Numbered from the stretch's first letter, positions 20,183 to 31,697 are shown. The stretch: 62,524 nucleotides of DNA from an uncultured Collinsella sp. (GCA_902479195.1 CABSNT010000001.1:1-62524); one strand, 5' to 3'. Notes: generated by a model from the letters alone, not told the origin. Translations and numbers: made by a program.

Positions 20183-21124
20183 TTAAGCCTTCAGGCTCAG
20201 GCCCATGGACTCAAGCTTGTCCTTCACTTCCTCGATCGACTTAACACCGAAGTTACGGATGTTGAGCAGATCGTTCTCCGAGAACTCAACGAGCTGACGG
20301 ACCGAGTGAATGCTGGCGCGCTTAAGGCAGTTGTAGGAACGGACGGAAAGGTCCAGATCCTCGATCTGCTTGTCCAGCTCGGCGTTGTCGTTGGTGACCT
20401 CGGGAGCGAAGATCGAAGCCTCCTCCTCGACCTCGGGGGTCTCGGCAAGGTTCATAAAGGCGGCCATATGCTGGTTGATGATATTGGCAGCCTGGACCAC
20501 GGCGTCGCGCGGGGCGATAGAGCCGTTGGTCTCGATCTCGAGGACAAGGCGGTCGTAGTCGGTGTGCTGACCGACACGGCAAGCCTCAACGAGCTTGGCG
20601 CAACGGGAAACCGGCGAGTACAGCGAGTCGACGTGGATCACACCGATGGGATCGTTGTCGCGCTTGTTGGCCTCGCCAGAAACATAGCCGCGGCCATAGC
20701 CGATGCGCATGCTCATGGTGAGATGGCCACCCTCGGTGAGCGTTGCGATGTGCTGCTCGGGGTTGACCAGCTCAAACTCGGACGGAATAAAGAAGTCCGC
20801 ACCGGTGACCTCGCAGGGGCCGTCAACCGAGATGGTGGCGGTCGCCTCGTCGGTCGTGCCGAGAGCCCTGAAGACAAGACCCTTGACATTCAGGACGATG
20901 TCGGTGACATCCTCGACCATGTTAGGGATGGTCATGAACTCGTGCTGCGCGCCATCGATCTGAATAGCCTCGACGGCGGCACCCTCGAGCGAGGACAGAA
21001 GAACGCGACGAAGGGAGTTACCCAGCGTATCGCCGTAGCCACGCTCGAGCGGCTCGACGGAGACACGAGCAGACGTCTCGTTGATCTCTTCGACCTGAAC
21101 CTGAGGCCTAATGAATTCTGACAT
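20183..21124 (-). CDS. rpoA: RNA polymerase alpha subunit
   Basis: EPLERGYG.TLGNSLRRVLLSS and LSVRSYNCLKR motifs. Confidence 0.98.
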   Translation of the reverse strand: MSEFIRPQVQVEEINETSARVSVEPLERGYGDTLGNSLRRVLLSSLEGAAVEAIQIDGAQHEFMTIPNMVEDVTDIVLNVKGLVFRALGTTDEATATISVDGPCEVTGADFFIPSEFELVNPEQHIATLTEGGHLTMSMRIGYGRGYVSGEANKRDNDPIGVIHVDSLYSPVSRCAKLVEACRVGQHTDYDRLVLEIETNGSIAPRDAVVQAANIINQHMAAFMNLAETPEVEEEASIFAPEVTNDNAELDKQIEDLDLSVRSYNCLKRASIHSVRQLVEFSENDLLNIRNFGVKSIEEVKDKLESMGLSLKA

Positions 21125-21156
21125 GTATTACCTCCAGCCTCAGCAGCCCGGATGGA

Positions 21157-21753
21157 CTACTTAGAGTAGAGCTCGACGATGAGCTGCTCGTTGATATCAC
21201 CGCTGATCTGCTCACGCGTCGGCAGAGCGAGCACGTTACCAGACAGCTTCTCGATATCGACCTCGAGCCAGCCAGGGACCTCAAAGCGCTCGGAGGAAAT
21301 CAGGGCCTCCTTGATGGGGAGGAGGTCACGGAACTTCTCGCCGACAGCGACGACGTCGCCGGCCTTGACGCGGTAGGACGGGATGTCCACGCGCTTGCCG
21401 TTCACGGTGAAGTGACCGTGACGGACGGACTGACGAGCCTCTTTGCGGGTGCGGGCGAAGCCAAGACGGAAGACGACGTTGTCGAGGCGAGACTCAAGAA
21501 TGATCATGAGGTTCTCACCGGTGACGCCGTTCATCTTACGGGCCTTGTTGAAGTAGCCGTGGAACTGCTTCTCCAGAACGCCATAGATGAACTTGACCTT
21601 CTGCTTCTCGCGCAGCTGCATGCCGTACTCAGATTCCTTGCGACGGCGCTTGGGCTGACGGATAGATTCCTTCTTGCTGCTGTAACCGAGCTCAGCGGGA
21701 TCGATCCCGAGCTGACGGCAGCGCTTAAGAACAGGAGTCCTGTCGATTGCCAT
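21157..21753 (-). CDS. rpsD: 30S ribosomal protein S4
   Basis: SEYGMQLREKQK, LESRLDNVVFR and IVELYSK motifs. Confidence 0.98.
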   Translation of the reverse strand: MAIDRTPVLKRCRQLGIDPAELGYSSKKESIRQPKRRRKESEYGMQLREKQKVKFIYGVLEKQFHGYFNKARKMNGVTGENLMIILESRLDNVVFRLGFARTRKEARQSVRHGHFTVNGKRVDIPSYRVKAGDVVAVGEKFRDLLPIKEALISSERFEVPGWLEVDIEKLSGNVLALPTREQISGDINEQLIVELYSK

Positions 21754-21772
21754 ATTGATACGATCCTTTCAG

Positions 21773-22177
21773 TTACACGCGGCGACGCTTCTTGGGGCGG
21801 CAGCCGTTGTGCGGAATGGGGGTCTTGTCCTGGATGCTCGAGACCTCGAGGCCAGCAGCCTGGAGGGAGCGGATGGCGGTCTCACGACCGGAGCCGGGGC
21901 CCTTGACGAAGACGGAAACCTTCTTCATACCGTGCTCCATGGCCTGCTTGGCAGCAGCCTCGGCAGCCATCTGGGCAGCGAACGGCGTGGACTTACGGGA
22001 GCCCTTGAAGCCCACCTGGCCAGCCGACTTCCAGGAAATGACGTTGCCCTGGGGATCGGTGATCGAAACGATCGTGTTGTTGAACGTAGAACGAATGTGA
22101 GCCTGGCCCACGGAAATGTTCTTACGGTCCGCGCGCTTCAGACGGGCAGCGCGAACGTTCTTCTTAGCAGTAGCCAT
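21773..22177 (-). CDS. rpsK: 30S ribosomal protein S11
   Basis: [15 protein letters not shown] and PHNGCRP motifs. Confidence 0.98.
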   Translation of the reverse strand: MATAKKNVRAARLKRADRKNISVGQAHIRSTFNNTIVSITDPQGNVISWKSAGQVGFKGSRKSTPFAAQMAAEAAAKQAMEHGMKKVSVFVKGPGSGRETAIRSLQAAGLEVSSIQDKTPIPHNGCRPKKRRRV

Positions 22178-22191
22178 CTATCTAGCGCTCC

Positions 22192-22566
22192 TTATTTCTT
22201 CTTCTTAGCACCGATCTGACGCTTCGGGCCCTTGCGGGTACGAGCGTTAGTGTGGGTGCGCTGGCCGCGGACCGGGAGGCCCTTGCGGTGACGAAGGCCG
22301 CGGTTGCAGCCGATGTCCATAAGGCGCTTGACGTTCTGGTTGCGCTCACGGCGGAGGTCGCCCTCAACCATGATCTGGTTCTTATCGATATAATCGCGGA
22401 TGGCGTTAACCTCATCCTCGGTGAGGTCCTTAACGCGCGTATCCACGTTAACGTTGCACTCGACGCAAATCTTCGTCGCAGTGGTGCGGCCGATGCCGTA
22501 AATGTAGGTCAGACCGATCTCAACGCGCTTCTCACGCGGGAGGTCGACACCATTAATACGGGCCAA
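22192..22566 (-). CDS. rpsM: 30S ribosomal protein S13
   Basis: ARINGVDLP and [18 protein letters not shown] motifs; TTG start. Confidence 0.98.
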   Translation of the reverse strand: MARINGVDLPREKRVEIGLTYIYGIGRTTATKICVECNVNVDTRVKDLTEDEVNAIRDYIDKNQIMVEGDLRRERNQNVKRLMDIGCNRGLRHRKGLPVRGQRTHTNARTRKGPKRQIGAKKKK

Positions 22567-22580
22567 CGTAGTCTCCTCTC

Positions 22581-22694
22581 TTAACCCTGACGCTGCTTAT
22601 GACGGGGGTTCTCGCAAATGACGAGGACCTTGCCATGGCGCCTAATGATTTTGCACTTATCGCACATCTTCTTGACCGAAGGACGTACCTTCAT
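22581..22694 (-). CDS. rpmJ: 50S ribosomal protein L36 (not in the ORF track)
   Basis: Manual translation [37 protein letters not shown]. Confidence 0.97.
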   Translation of the reverse strand: MKVRPSVKKMCDKCKIIRRHGKVLVICENPRHKQRQG

Positions 22695-22844
22695 CGTTCT
22701 TCCTTTCGGTAGCGCTCAAACTACTTCCCTACTATCTACTCGCCCAGCCGCAGGCGTTTAAAACTATGGCTGGTCTTCACACACAATCCGACCGTAGGTT
22801 GAGCTAAGCCTGCAGTCGGAAATGGAGTGCGTGTATGCGTGCCG

Positions 22845-23063
22845 CTATTTGTAGCGATAGGTGATGCGGCCGCGGGTCAGGTCGTACGGGGAAAGCTCCA
22901 CGACAACCCGGTCACCGGGGAGAATACGGATGTAATTCATTCGGATCTTGCCAGAAATGTTGCACAGAACCGAATGACCGTTCTCGAGCTCGACCTTAAA
23001 CATGGCGTTGGGCAACGGTTCCTTTACCGTACCCTCGAGCTCAATTGCGTCTTCCTTCTTCAC
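22845..23063 (-). CDS. infA: Translation initiation factor IF-1
   Basis: KEDAIELEG...LPNAMF...[18 protein letters not shown] start. Confidence 0.97.
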   Translation of the reverse strand: MKKEDAIELEGTVKEPLPNAMFKVELENGHSVLCNISGKIRMNYIRILPGDRVVVELSPYDLTRGRITYRYK

Positions 23064-23295
23064 AAGCAATCATCTTTCTCTAGAAAACGACAGCGATTGA
23101 GTATTCTACAACACGTATGCACGCATCGTAATAACTTCGTAATGGCTCCACAACTAAGTGGAACTTGTTGCATTTGAAATGTGAAACAAAGCCGTTCCCT
23201 GATGCCCAAGATCGCCTTGAAATGAGAAGGCATAGACCTTGAGGTCATGCCTTTGAAATTGAAAGGCGAGGTTGGGCATCAGGGGGCGGCGACTT

Positions 23296-24084
23296 TTACA
23301 TTTCACCGCCTTGGAGCGAACACCAAGCACCTTGGGCATCCGTGGTGAGAATCACCGGACCGTCATTGGTAATGGCGACGGTGTTCTCGTAGTGCGCGGC
23401 GGGCAGGTGATCGTTGGTCGTAACAATCCAACCGTCGGAGGCCGTGCTCACATGGTTGGAACCCATCGTAACCATCGGCTCGATGGCAATGACCATGCCG
23501 GCCTGGAGGCGAACGCCCCTCCCCTTCTTTCCATAGTTAGGAACGTTGGGGTCCTCGTGCATCACGCGGCCAATGCCATGGCCTACATAATCACGAAGCA
23601 CACCGTAACCGTGAGACTCGGCGAGGGACTGAACGGCATAACCGACGTCCCCGATATGGTTACCGGGAACAGCCTGCTCGATGGCAGCCTTAAGGCAATC
23701 GCGCGTGACCTCGCACAAAGCCTTGGCTTCGGGCGTGGGGGTGCCGACGAAAAACGTCCAAGCGTTATCGCCGACCCAACCGTCGACAACGGCTCCCGTA
23801 TCGATGGAGATGATATCGCCATCGCGCAGGATCATGTCGGGGTTGGGAATACCGTGGACCACGGCATCGTTGATCGATGCGCAAATGGTCCCCGGGAACC
23901 CGCCGTAACCCTTAAAGGCCGGGGTGCCGCCATGCATGCGGATAATCTGCTCCGCAAGCTGATCGAGCTCAAAGGTGGAAACGCCGGGGCGCACCATGGC
24001 TCCAACGTGGCGGAGCGCCATCTTAGATAGCGCTCCTGCCTTCTTCATCTGCTCGATTTGCGTTGCAGACTTAATCTTGATCAT
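23296..24084 (-). CDS. map: Methionine aminopeptidase type I
   Basis: VVHGIP, GHGIG..MHEDP, IEPM and AHYENT motifs. Confidence 0.96.
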   Translation of the reverse strand: MIKIKSATQIEQMKKAGALSKMALRHVGAMVRPGVSTFELDQLAEQIIRMHGGTPAFKGYGGFPGTICASINDAVVHGIPNPDMILRDGDIISIDTGAVVDGWVGDNAWTFFVGTPTPEAKALCEVTRDCLKAAIEQAVPGNHIGDVGYAVQSLAESHGYGVLRDYVGHGIGRVMHEDPNVPNYGKKGRGVRLQAGMVIAIEPMVTMGSNHVSTASDGWIVTTNDHLPAAHYENTVAITNDGPVILTTDAQGAWCSLQGGEM

Positions 24085-24707
24085 AGACCGAGAGCCTCTT
24101 TGACATCCCCGTACACGGTCTCGCGAGCCTGGTCACCGTTGACCGACTTGAGCAGACCCTGGCCACGATAGTAGTCGACGAGCGGGCTCGTGGACTTCTC
24201 GTAGACGTCGAGACGGTTCTTGATGGTCTCGGGCTTGTCGTCGTCGCGCTGATACATCTCGCCGCCACACTTGGGGCAGGTAGCATCGGCAGCGGTGCCG
24301 GTGTAACCGCATGCGCGGCAGGTGCGACGCGAAGACAGACGATCGATAATGACCTCGGGGGCCACATCGACCAGAAGGGCGCAGTCGATCTCGCGACCCA
24401 TGGCGGAGAGCTCGGAATCGAGCGTCACAGCCTGGGCAGTGTTGCGCGGGAAGCCGTCGAGGATGAAGCCCTGCTGGGCGTCATCGGCGGCAAGGCGCTC
24501 CTTGACAAGGTCGATCACGAGCTGGTCGGGAACGAGCTCGCCAGCGTCCATGTACTTCTTAGCCTGAATACCAAGCTCGGTGCCACCCTTGACGGCAGCA
24601 CGCAGCAGGTCGCCCGTGGAAATGTGGGCGACGCCAAACTCGGCGACGAGCTCCTGTGCGACGGTGCCCTTACCGGCACCCGGAGCTCCGAGCAATACGA
24701 GGTTCAT
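24081..24707 (-). CDS. adk: Adenylate kinase
   Basis: GAPGAGKGT, HISTGD, LDGFPR motifs and a zinc lid. Confidence 0.97.
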   Translation of the reverse strand: MNLVLLGAPGAGKGTVAQELVAEFGVAHISTGDLLRAAVKGGTELGIQAKKYMDAGELVPDQLVIDLVKERLAADDAQQGFILDGFPRNTAQAVTLDSELSAMGREIDCALLVDVAPEVIIDRLSSRRTCRACGYTGTAADATCPKCGGEMYQRDDDKPETIKNRLDVYEKSTSPLVDYYRGQGLLKSVNGDQARETVYGDVKEALGL

Positions 24708-24725
24708 GAGCAATCCTCCTCTAGC

Positions 24726-26012
24726 CTATTTAAAGAATCCATCGTAATCATACATCTTGATCTGGCCTTCGAGCTTATCGACCGTGTCGAGCACGACGCC
24801 GACCATGATGAGGATGGACGTGCCGCCAAATGCCTGGATCAGATGGTTACCCGTGAAGGAGAAGATGATCGAAGGCACGATGGCGATGAGCGCCAAAAAG
24901 ACAGCGCTGGGAAGCGTGATCTTGTTGAGCGCGTTCTTGATGTAGGCCGCGGTAGCCCTACCCGGACGCACGCCCGGAATAAAGCCGCCCTGCTTCTTAA
25001 GGTTATCGGCCGTGTCATCGGGGTTGAACACCATGGAGGTGTAGAAGTACGCGAAGAACACGATGAGGACAACGTTAAGCACCCAGTTGAGCCAACCGGT
25101 CGAAAGCGCGGAGGCAACTGCCTGAATCCAGCCGATGCCGGGGAAGAACACGGCAATCTGAGCCGGGAAGTACAGCAGCGCCGAAGCGAAGATGATCGGC
25201 ACGACACCCGCGGTGTTGACCTTGATGGGCAGGTAGGTGGTCTGGCCACCCATCATGCGACGGCCCACGACGCGCTTAGCGTAGGAGACCGGGATGCGGC
25301 GCTGGCCGCGCTCAAGGAAAACAATCAGCGGGATAACCAGCAGGATGATGGCGCAGATGATCACCATGGTGATGATGCCACCGGCATTGCCCTCGGTGCT
25401 GGAGAAGATAGCCTGCGGCAGACCGGCCATGATGTTCGCGAAGATGATCAGCGACATGCCATTGCCGATACCGCGCTGGGTGATGAGCTCACCAATCCAC
25501 ATGATCAGCATGGCGCCCGCGGTGAGCGTACCGACGATCATGAGGTCGAAGATGATCTCGGGAGCGCCGGCGCCATTGAAGCTGATGCCGAAGCTCTTAA
25601 AGAGGAAGAGGTAACCCACGGAGTTGAGGATTGCCAGAGCCAGGGTGAGGTAACGCGAATACTGCGTAATCTTGGTCTGACCGACCTCGCCCTCGCGGGC
25701 AAGCTCATGCAGGGAAGGCACGACGGCCTGGAGCATCTGGAGGATGATCGAGCTGGTGATGTAAGGCATGATGCCCAGCGAAAACACCGACACATAGCTC
25801 AACGCGCCGCCAGAGAAAAGATTCAGGAGGGCCATAGCACCTGCGGCGACCGAATTGTTATCGGTCGAGAAAAGGCCCAGCATCCCCTGGAAGGGAATGC
25901 CGGGCACAGGAACGTGCGCACCAATGCGGTACACGACGAGCATAGCTATGGTAAAAAGAATCTTTTCGCGCAATTCTTTGATGCGGAAAGCATTCTTAAG
26001 ACCATTTAGCAC
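24726..26012 (-). CDS. secY: Preprotein translocase SecY
   Basis: [28 protein letters not shown] and GGTSILI motifs. Confidence 0.98.
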   Translation of the reverse strand: MLNGLKNAFRIKELREKILFTIAMLVVYRIGAHVPVPGIPFQGMLGLFSTDNNSVAAGAMALLNLFSGGALSYVSVFSLGIMPYITSSIILQMLQAVVPSLHELAREGEVGQTKITQYSRYLTLALAILNSVGYLFLFKSFGISFNGAGAPEIIFDLMIVGTLTAGAMLIMWIGELITQRGIGNGMSLIIFANIMAGLPQAIFSSTEGNAGGIITMVIICAIILLVIPLIVFLERGQRRIPVSYAKRVVGRRMMGGQTTYLPIKVNTAGVVPIIFASALLYFPAQIAVFFPGIGWIQAVASALSTGWLNWVLNVVLIVFFAYFYTSMVFNPDDTADNLKKQGGFIPGVRPGRATAAYIKNALNKITLPSAVFLALIAIVPSIIFSFTGNHLIQAFGGTSILIMVGVVLDTVDKLEGQIKMYDYDGFFK

Positions 26013-26455
26013 GGCAGCTCGACCTTTCCGCCGGCGGCCTCGATCTTAGCCTGCGCAGAAGCGCTGACCTTGTCGACCTTGACCGTGAACTTCTTGGTGA
26101 GCTCACCATTGCCGAGCACCTTGACGGGCTCGAACTCGCTCTTGGTGATGCGAGCGGCCTTAAGAGCGGCACCGTCGATCACAGCGCCGTCCTCGAACTT
26201 ACGCTCGAGACGCTCAACGTTAACAGCGGTGTACTCGATACGACGGGGGTTACGGAAGCCCGGAAGCTTGGGCAGGCGCATAGCCAGCGGAGTCTGGCCA
26301 CCCTCGAAGCCGGCACCCTTGGTGCCGCCAGAGCGGGAACCCTGGCCCTTCTGACCGCGGCCAGAAGTGGTGCCGTGACCCGAAGAATTGCCACGGCCGA
26401 CGCGCTTGCGGTTCTTGGTGGAACCGGGCGCGGGAGTAAGATCGTGAAGCTGCAT
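26006..26455 (-). CDS. rplO: 50S ribosomal protein L15
   Basis: [14 protein letters not shown] motifs. Confidence 0.97.
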   Translation of the reverse strand: MQLHDLTPAPGSTKNRKRVGRGNSSGHGTTSGRGQKGQGSRSGGTKGAGFEGGQTPLAMRLPKLPGFRNPRRIEYTAVNVERLERKFEDGAVIDGAALKAARITKSEFEPVKVLGNGELTKKFTVKVDKVSASAQAKIEAAGGKVELPC

Positions 26456-26458
26456 TTG

Positions 26459-26641
26459 CTACTCCTCTACAATCTCGACAAGGTGCTTGACCTTGAAGAT
26501 CATGCCGCGGACGGACTCGTTGTCAGCAATCTCGCGAACCTCGCGGATCCTGTGGAGACCGAGGGCACGGACAGTACGGACCTGGTCCTGCTTGCAACCG
26601 TTGGTGCTGCGGACCTGCTTGATCTTGATGGTGTCAGCCAT
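26459..26641 (-). CDS. rpmD: 50S ribosomal protein L30
   Basis: IKQVRS...RALGL...GMIFKVKHLV. Confidence 0.95.
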   Translation of the reverse strand: MADTIKIKQVRSTNGCKQDQVRTVRALGLHRIREVREIADNESVRGMIFKVKHLVEIVEE

Positions 26642-26643
26642 GC

Positions 26644-27168
26644 TTAGTTCTCCTTACCGACGAACATCTCGGAGACCGTCAGGCCACGGCGAGCCGCGAC
26701 GTCCTCAGGGCTGGAGAGCTCCTTGAGGCCCTCGACAGCAGCCTTGATGATGTTGAGACCGTTGTCGGTACCGAGGGACTTGGACAGGACGTTCTTGATG
26801 CCAGCAAGCTCAAAGAGGGGACGCACAGCGCCGCCGGCGATAACGCCGGTACCCTCGACAGCGGGCTTGATGATGATGCGACCGGCACCAAAGTGGCCGA
26901 GAACCTCGTGCGGGATGGTGCCCTGATCGGTCACCGGCACGTGGAACATGTTCTTCTTGGCATCGAGAGACGCCTTGGAGATGGCCATGGGCACCTCAGC
27001 GGACTTGCCCATGCCAACGCCGACGTTACCCTTGCCGTCGCCAACGACGACGAGAGCGACGAGGCTCATGCGACGACCACCCTTGACGGTCTTCGACACG
27101 CGGTTGATGTAAACGACGCGCTCCTCGAACTCGGAGGCCTCGCGCTGCTGCTTCTGATTACGAGCCAT
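26644..27168 (-). CDS. rpsE: 30S ribosomal protein S5
   Basis: [12 protein letters not shown] and GTGVIAGG motifs. Confidence 0.97.
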   Translation of the reverse strand: MARNQKQQREASEFEERVVYINRVSKTVKGGRRMSLVALVVVGDGKGNVGVGMGKSAEVPMAISKASLDAKKNMFHVPVTDQGTIPHEVLGHFGAGRIIIKPAVEGTGVIAGGAVRPLFELAGIKNVLSKSLGTDNGLNIIKAAVEGLKELSSPEDVAARRGLTVSEMFVGKEN

Positions 27169-27182
27169 GTGCTACATACCTC

Positions 27183-27551
27183 CTAGAACTCGAGACCGGC
27201 GGCACGAGCACCGTCGGCGAGGGCCTTGACGCGGCCATGGTAGATACGGCCACCGCGATCGAAGGCGACCTTGGTGATGCCGGCCTCGATGGCGCGCTTG
27301 CCAACGAGCTGACCGACCTTCTCCGCAGCCTCCTTGTTCGAGGTGTGGGTGCCCTTGAACTCGGCCTCGAGGGTCGAGGCAGAGACGAGCGTCAGGCTGG
27401 AGCCCTTGCTGTCGTCGATGATCTGGGCATAGATGTTGGCGTTAGTACGGGTCACGCGAAGACGCGGACGCTCGGAGGTACCCGAGACCTTGCCGCGAAC
27501 ACGACGCTGACGACGCTTGAGGCCTTCCAGCTTCGCCTTATGCTTGTTCAT
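27183..27551 (-). CDS. rplR: 50S ribosomal protein L18
   Basis: RPRLRV and [14 protein letters not shown] motifs. Confidence 0.97.
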   Translation of the reverse strand: MNKHKAKLEGLKRRQRRVRGKVSGTSERPRLRVTRTNANIYAQIIDDSKGSSLTLVSASTLEAEFKGTHTSNKEAAEKVGQLVGKRAIEAGITKVAFDRGGRIYHGRVKALADGARAAGLEF

Positions 27552-27626
27552 ACGTAAACTCCTAAAAAGGTTGATCTTGCCAGCACCTGACGGGGTGCTG
27601 GTCTTATGCGAGTGAGTCGGTTACGA

Positions 27627-28163
27627 CTACTTGGCGGCCTTACCCAGCTTGCGGCGGATGTGCTCGCCAACGTAGTGGATACCCTTGCCCTTGTAAGGCT
27701 CGGGAGGACGATGGCCGCGGATCTCAGCGGCGATCTGACCGACCTGCTGCTTGTTGATACCCTTGACGTTCACGTGGGTGTTGTCGGGAACCTCGAAGGT
27801 GATGCCCTCGGGAGCCTCGACGATCACGGGGTGCGAGAAGCCCAGGGAGAACTCGAGGTTCTTGCCCTTCTGCTGCACGCGGTAACCGACGCCGGCGAGC
27901 TCGAGCTTCTTCTCGAAGCCCTCGGAAACGCCAACAACCATGTTGTGGATGAGGGCGCGGGTGAGGCCGTGGCGGGCACGGGTCTCACGCTCGTCGTCGG
28001 GACGGGAAACGGTGAGGACGTTGTCCTCGACGTTGATAGCGAGCTTCTCAAAGACATCGAGCTCGAGCTGGCCCTTGGGGCCCTTGACGACAACGTTGTT
28101 GCCGTTGACTGCCACTTCGACTCCGGCGGGAATCTGGACAGGCTTATTACCGATACGAGACAC
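27627..28163 (-). CDS. rplF: 50S ribosomal protein L6
   Basis: MSRIGN and PEPYKGKGI motifs. Confidence 0.97.
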   Translation of the reverse strand: MSRIGNKPVQIPAGVEVAVNGNNVVVKGPKGQLELDVFEKLAINVEDNVLTVSRPDDERETRARHGLTRALIHNMVVGVSEGFEKKLELAGVGYRVQQKGKNLEFSLGFSHPVIVEAPEGITFEVPDNTHVNVKGINKQQVGQIAAEIRGHRPPEPYKGKGIHYVGEHIRRKLGKAAK

Positions 28164-28196
28164 GGTGATCTCCTTTCCTTCTACCTACCGAGCGAA

Positions 28197-28595
28197 TTAC
28201 CAGACGTAAGCGATGATCTCGCCGCCGACGTTGTGCTTGCGAGCATCGCGGTCGGTCATGACGCCATGGCTGGTGGAAATAATGGCGGTACCAAGGCCAC
28301 CGCGGACGCGGGGCATGTCGGCAACGCCGGTGTACTTACGCAGGCCCGGCTTGGAAATGCGGCGGATGCCGTTGATGACCTTAGCCTTCTTGGGACCATA
28401 CTTAAGCGTGATGTGCAGAGTCTTCTGGGGAACGGTGTCCTCGACATCGTAGCCCTCGATGTAGCCCTCCTCGTGCAGAACACGAGCGATCTCGACGAGC
28501 TTCTTGCTGCTCGGCATGGAGACCGTGGCCTTGTTCACAGAGTTAGCGTTACGGATGCGCGTAAGCATATCTGCGATCGGGTCTGTAAGGTTCAT
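28197..28595 (-). CDS. rpsH: 30S ribosomal protein S8
   Basis: [13 protein letters not shown] and ISKPGLR motifs. Confidence 0.97.
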   Translation of the reverse strand: MNLTDPIADMLTRIRNANSVNKATVSMPSSKKLVEIARVLHEEGYIEGYDVEDTVPQKTLHITLKYGPKKAKVINGIRRISKPGLRKYTGVADMPRVRGGLGTAIISTSHGVMTDRDARKHNVGGEIIAYVW

Positions 28596-28714
28596 ACAGA
28601 TTCTCCTTCGTTCTTGATGAACACGTGCTCTTGGTTCTTCGCCGCCCTTAACGGCAAAGCCTTTTTAGCGCGTTTTCCCTGTTCCAAACTGATGCTTGAA
28701 ACGCTGGTAGTGAC

Positions 28715-28900
28715 TTACCAGCTGGCCTTCTTAACGCCGGGAAGCTCGCCCTTGAGTGCAAGCTCGCGGAAGCAGACACGGCACAGGCCGAACTTGCGGT
28801 ACACAGAGTGCGGACGGCCGCAGCGCTGGCAGCGCGTGTACTCACGAGTAGAGAACTTCTGCTTGCGATTGCACTTGACGATCATCGATGTCTTAGCCAC
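28715..28900 (-). CDS. rpsN: 30S ribosomal protein S14 (zinc, type Z)
   Basis: 61 aa with CQRCGR...LCRVCFRE. Confidence 0.96.
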   Translation of the reverse strand: MAKTSMIVKCNRKQKFSTREYTRCQRCGRPHSVYRKFGLCRVCFRELALKGELPGVKKASW

Positions 28901-28979
28901 TTATATCCTCCTCACATAGAGTATTGTTCGCCCCAAGCGCCGCCCCCTTGTGGGAACGGCGCTTATAGGGCAGGTGAAC

Positions 28980-29537
28980 CTATTTCTTGAACGGGAAACC
29001 AAAGGCGTCCAGAAGGGCCTTGGCCTCCTCATCGGTATTGGCGGTGGTCACGAAAGTGATGTCCATACCGCGCTGGTGATCGACGGAGTCGAAGTCGATC
29101 TCGGGGAAGATGAGCTGCTCGGTGACGCCCATGGAGAAGTTACCACGGCCGTCGAAGCTCTTGGCGGAGATGCCGCGGAAGTCGCGGATACGGGGGATCG
29201 CGACGGAGGTCAGACGATCGAAGAACTCCCACATACGGTCGCCACGCAGGGTAACCTTGCAGCCGATCGGCATACCAGCGCGCAGGCGGAAAGTAGCGAT
29301 GGACTTGCGGGCACGGGTGATCATCGGCTGCTGGCCGGTGATGGCGCGCAGGTCGCGCACGGCACCGTCGATGGCCTTGGAATCGGTAGCGGCCTCGCCG
29401 ACACCCATGTTCACGACGATCTTCTCAAACTTGGGGATCATCATGACGTTCTCGTACTGGAACTTGTCCTGAAGCTGCTGCTTGACCTCGTTGTTGTACT
29501 TGGTCTTCAGACGCGGCACATACTTCTCTTCTGCCAT
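28980..29537 (-). CDS. rplE: 50S ribosomal protein L5
   Basis: [17 protein letters not shown] and FDGRGN motifs. Confidence 0.98.
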   Translation of the reverse strand: MAEEKYVPRLKTKYNNEVKQQLQDKFQYENVMMIPKFEKIVVNMGVGEAATDSKAIDGAVRDLRAITGQQPMITRARKSIATFRLRAGMPIGCKVTLRGDRMWEFFDRLTSVAIPRIRDFRGISAKSFDGRGNFSMGVTEQLIFPEIDFDSVDHQRGMDITFVTTANTDEEAKALLDAFGFPFKK

Positions 29538-29674
29538 TGTTCACTCCTTCTTGGGGTTTTAAGCACGGGGCGTGGCCACGATGGGTTGTCCTCGTGCCTC
29601 CTGGCTGCATCCGCGCCGCTCATGGCATTTTGCGGTTTGGACTCGACGCAGCAGGAGCCGACAAAACAATCGGT

Positions 29675-29703
29675 ACTATACGCGCATCGGGAGCGTATTT
29701 CCA
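29675..29703 (-). promoter_or_regulatory. Putative sigma70-type promoter for rplE
   Basis: Minus strand TGGAAA-17 nt-TATAGT. Confidence 0.5.
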
Positions 29704-29764
29704 GAAAAACCTCGTCTGCCTGCACAACTCCACAACTCCCCCGCACAAATGGGTCCCAAAAAGC

Positions 29765-29831
29765 AGTTGCGGTGAAATAGGGACTGTTGGGCGGCCTAAC
29801 AGGCTTAAACAATCCGTATTTCACCGCAACT
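29765..29831. repeat. Palindromic REP/MITE-like element, copy 1
   Basis: AGTTGCGGTGAAATA...TATTTCACCGCAACT. Confidence 0.8.
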
Positions 29832-29849
29832 TAATTGGTGGGGATGCGA

Positions 29850-30893
29850 TTAGCGCTTGCGGGGGACGAGTTTGGTGCGGCGCAGGTGGATCATCTCGGC
29901 GGCGATGGAGATGGCGATCTCCTCGGGGTCCTCGGCCTCGATGGCAACGCCGATCGGAAGGTGCAGCTCGTCGATCTGGTCCTGCGTAAAGCCTTCCTGC
30001 TCCAGGCGGGCACGCACAAAGGCCGTCTTGCGGCGCGAGCCCAGACAGCCCAGGTAGGCAGGCTTGGCGCGCATGGCCTGAATCACCACGTCGATATCGG
30101 ACTTGTGACCCGCCGTGGCGACGACCACCAGGTCGCGCGGGCCGATGGGGCACAGCTCGCTCAGGTTCTTGTAATCGACCAAGCGACGATCGTAGACACC
30201 GGGCACCCAATCGGGGGTCAGCGTGCCGGGGCGGTCGTCGCACGCCACGACGGCAAAGCCCGCCGCCGTGAGCACCCGCGCCGTCGCGGCGCCCACGTGG
30301 CCGCAGCCAAAGATATAGGTCAGGCCCTCGGGGCAGAGCGTCTCGATGTGCGCCGCGGGAATCTCGGAGGCGGCGTTGGTGTAGGTGACCTTACTCCCCT
30401 CCTCCACCAGCGAAAGCTCGGGGCAGCCGGCAATGGTATGGCGCGATGCCTCGCCATGGTACTCGACCACATCGCCCTCCAGGGCCTGAATGACAAACGG
30501 TTCAAAGTCGATGACGAAGTCGCCGATACGTCGATACGTCAAGACGTCGGCAATTTCCTGAAACAACGGTGCCTGGATCGCATCCAGATGCAGATAGCAC
30601 AGGCAGATGGCTCCGCCGCAGATCATACCGGTATCGGAGTTCTCGCCGCCCATGGTGTAGCGGACCAGATGCGATTGCCCCGCGGCCAGCAGCTCTCGCG
30701 CCTCGTCCAGCGCAAAAAGCTCGATCTTGCCGCCGCCGATGGTGCCCGCCTGGCTACCGTCGGCAAAGACGGCCATCCAGGCGCCCACGCCGCGCGGCGA
30801 CGACCCCGCCGTGCCGGCCACGACCACGAGCTCGCACGTCTCGCCAGCACGCAGGGCGACAAGCGCCGCATTCACAACATCGAGCTTTTCCAT
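29850..30893 (-). CDS. xdhC: XdhC/CoxI-family Mo-cofactor maturation factor
   Basis: GSSPRG, GTIGGG, GMICGG, FGCGHV and LPIG...PEEIAISI motifs. Confidence 0.92.
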   Translation of the reverse strand: MEKLDVVNAALVALRAGETCELVVVAGTAGSSPRGVGAWMAVFADGSQAGTIGGGKIELFALDEARELLAAGQSHLVRYTMGGENSDTGMICGGAICLCYLHLDAIQAPLFQEIADVLTYRRIGDFVIDFEPFVIQALEGDVVEYHGEASRHTIAGCPELSLVEEGSKVTYTNAASEIPAAHIETLCPEGLTYIFGCGHVGAATARVLTAAGFAVVACDDRPGTLTPDWVPGVYDRRLVDYKNLSELCPIGPRDLVVVATAGHKSDIDVVIQAMRAKPAYLGCLGSRRKTAFVRARLEQEGFTQDQIDELHLPIGVAIEAEDPEEIAISIAAEMIHLRRTKLVPRKR

Positions 30894-30902
30894 TGCCGCC
30901 TT

Positions 30903-31697
30903 CTATCCTCTAAAGATATCGGTGAGCATAGCGAGTGCCTCGAGCACGCCGCCGCCGACCGACGTCGCCTTGTCCGAAATGTAGTTGATATAGCTGGCAT
31001 CGCCGCGCGGATCGACATCGGCGCATTTAAAGCCCTCAGTCACCTGCACGCCGTTCGCCAAAAGCCCGCGCAGACAGCCATCGATCTGCGTGCACATGGG
31101 CGAATCGCCCGCGTAGCCAATCACGTCTCCGGCGCTCACGATGTCGCCGATCGCGCGGTCGGACCGAAACACGCCGGCGGCGGGGCTGTGGATAACGCGC
31201 TCTCTGCCATAGCCAGCGATAATGCCCGGCACGCCCGTGTTGGGTTGGGGCGAACCCTGGGTAATGACACGGCCCAGGAAATGCCCGCGCATGGTTTCGA
31301 CCACGGCGTCGCAGTCAACCGGCGCGGTAAAGCCCGGCCCCACGGCGATGACGGCAGGCGCCATGTCGCGCGTGGTACCCAGGTTGCGCTTAGCCAGAAT
31401 CGCGTCGACCACGGCAGCGGGTTTCAGCTCGCCGAGCATCTTGGCCTGGGGGTCCACCACAACGGCGACGTCTCCAGCCTCGGTAATTGCAAGCGCCTCT
31501 GCCGGCGTCTGTGCCAAGCGAGCGCGAATGCCCTCGACCTCGACCTCGCCCAAGCGAATAGCCTCGCAAAAACTGATTGTGCGGCGGATGCACGTGGGAA
31601 CCGCGATATCGGCCATAACGACCGACACGCCGGCGCGCACCAAGCGAGCAGCGACGCCCGTGGCGATATCGCCGGCGCCGCGAACATAAACGAGCAT
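30903..31697 (-). CDS. yqeB: Selenium-dependent Mo-hydroxylase accessory protein YqeB
   Basis: VRGAGDIATG, DAILAKRNLGT, ETMRGH and DVDPR motifs. Confidence 0.92.
   Translation of the reverse strand: MLVYVRGAGDIATGVAARLVRAGVSVVMADIAVPTCIRRTISFCEAIRLGEVEVEGIRARLAQTPAEALAITEAGDVAVVVDPQAKMLGELKPAAVVDAILAKRNLGTTRDMAPAVIAVGPGFTAPVDCDAVVETMRGHFLGRVITQGSPQPNTGVPGIIAGYGRERVIHSPAAGVFRSDRAIGDIVSAGDVIGYAGDSPMCTQIDGCLRGLLANGVQVTEGFKCADVDPRGDASYINYISDKATSVGGGVLEALAMLTDIFRG

Noticed and set aside
22695..22844. Hairpins between infA and rpmJ as a novel leader
   Set aside because: The stems are imperfect and typical of intergenic spacers here; there is no supporting evidence without an alignment.
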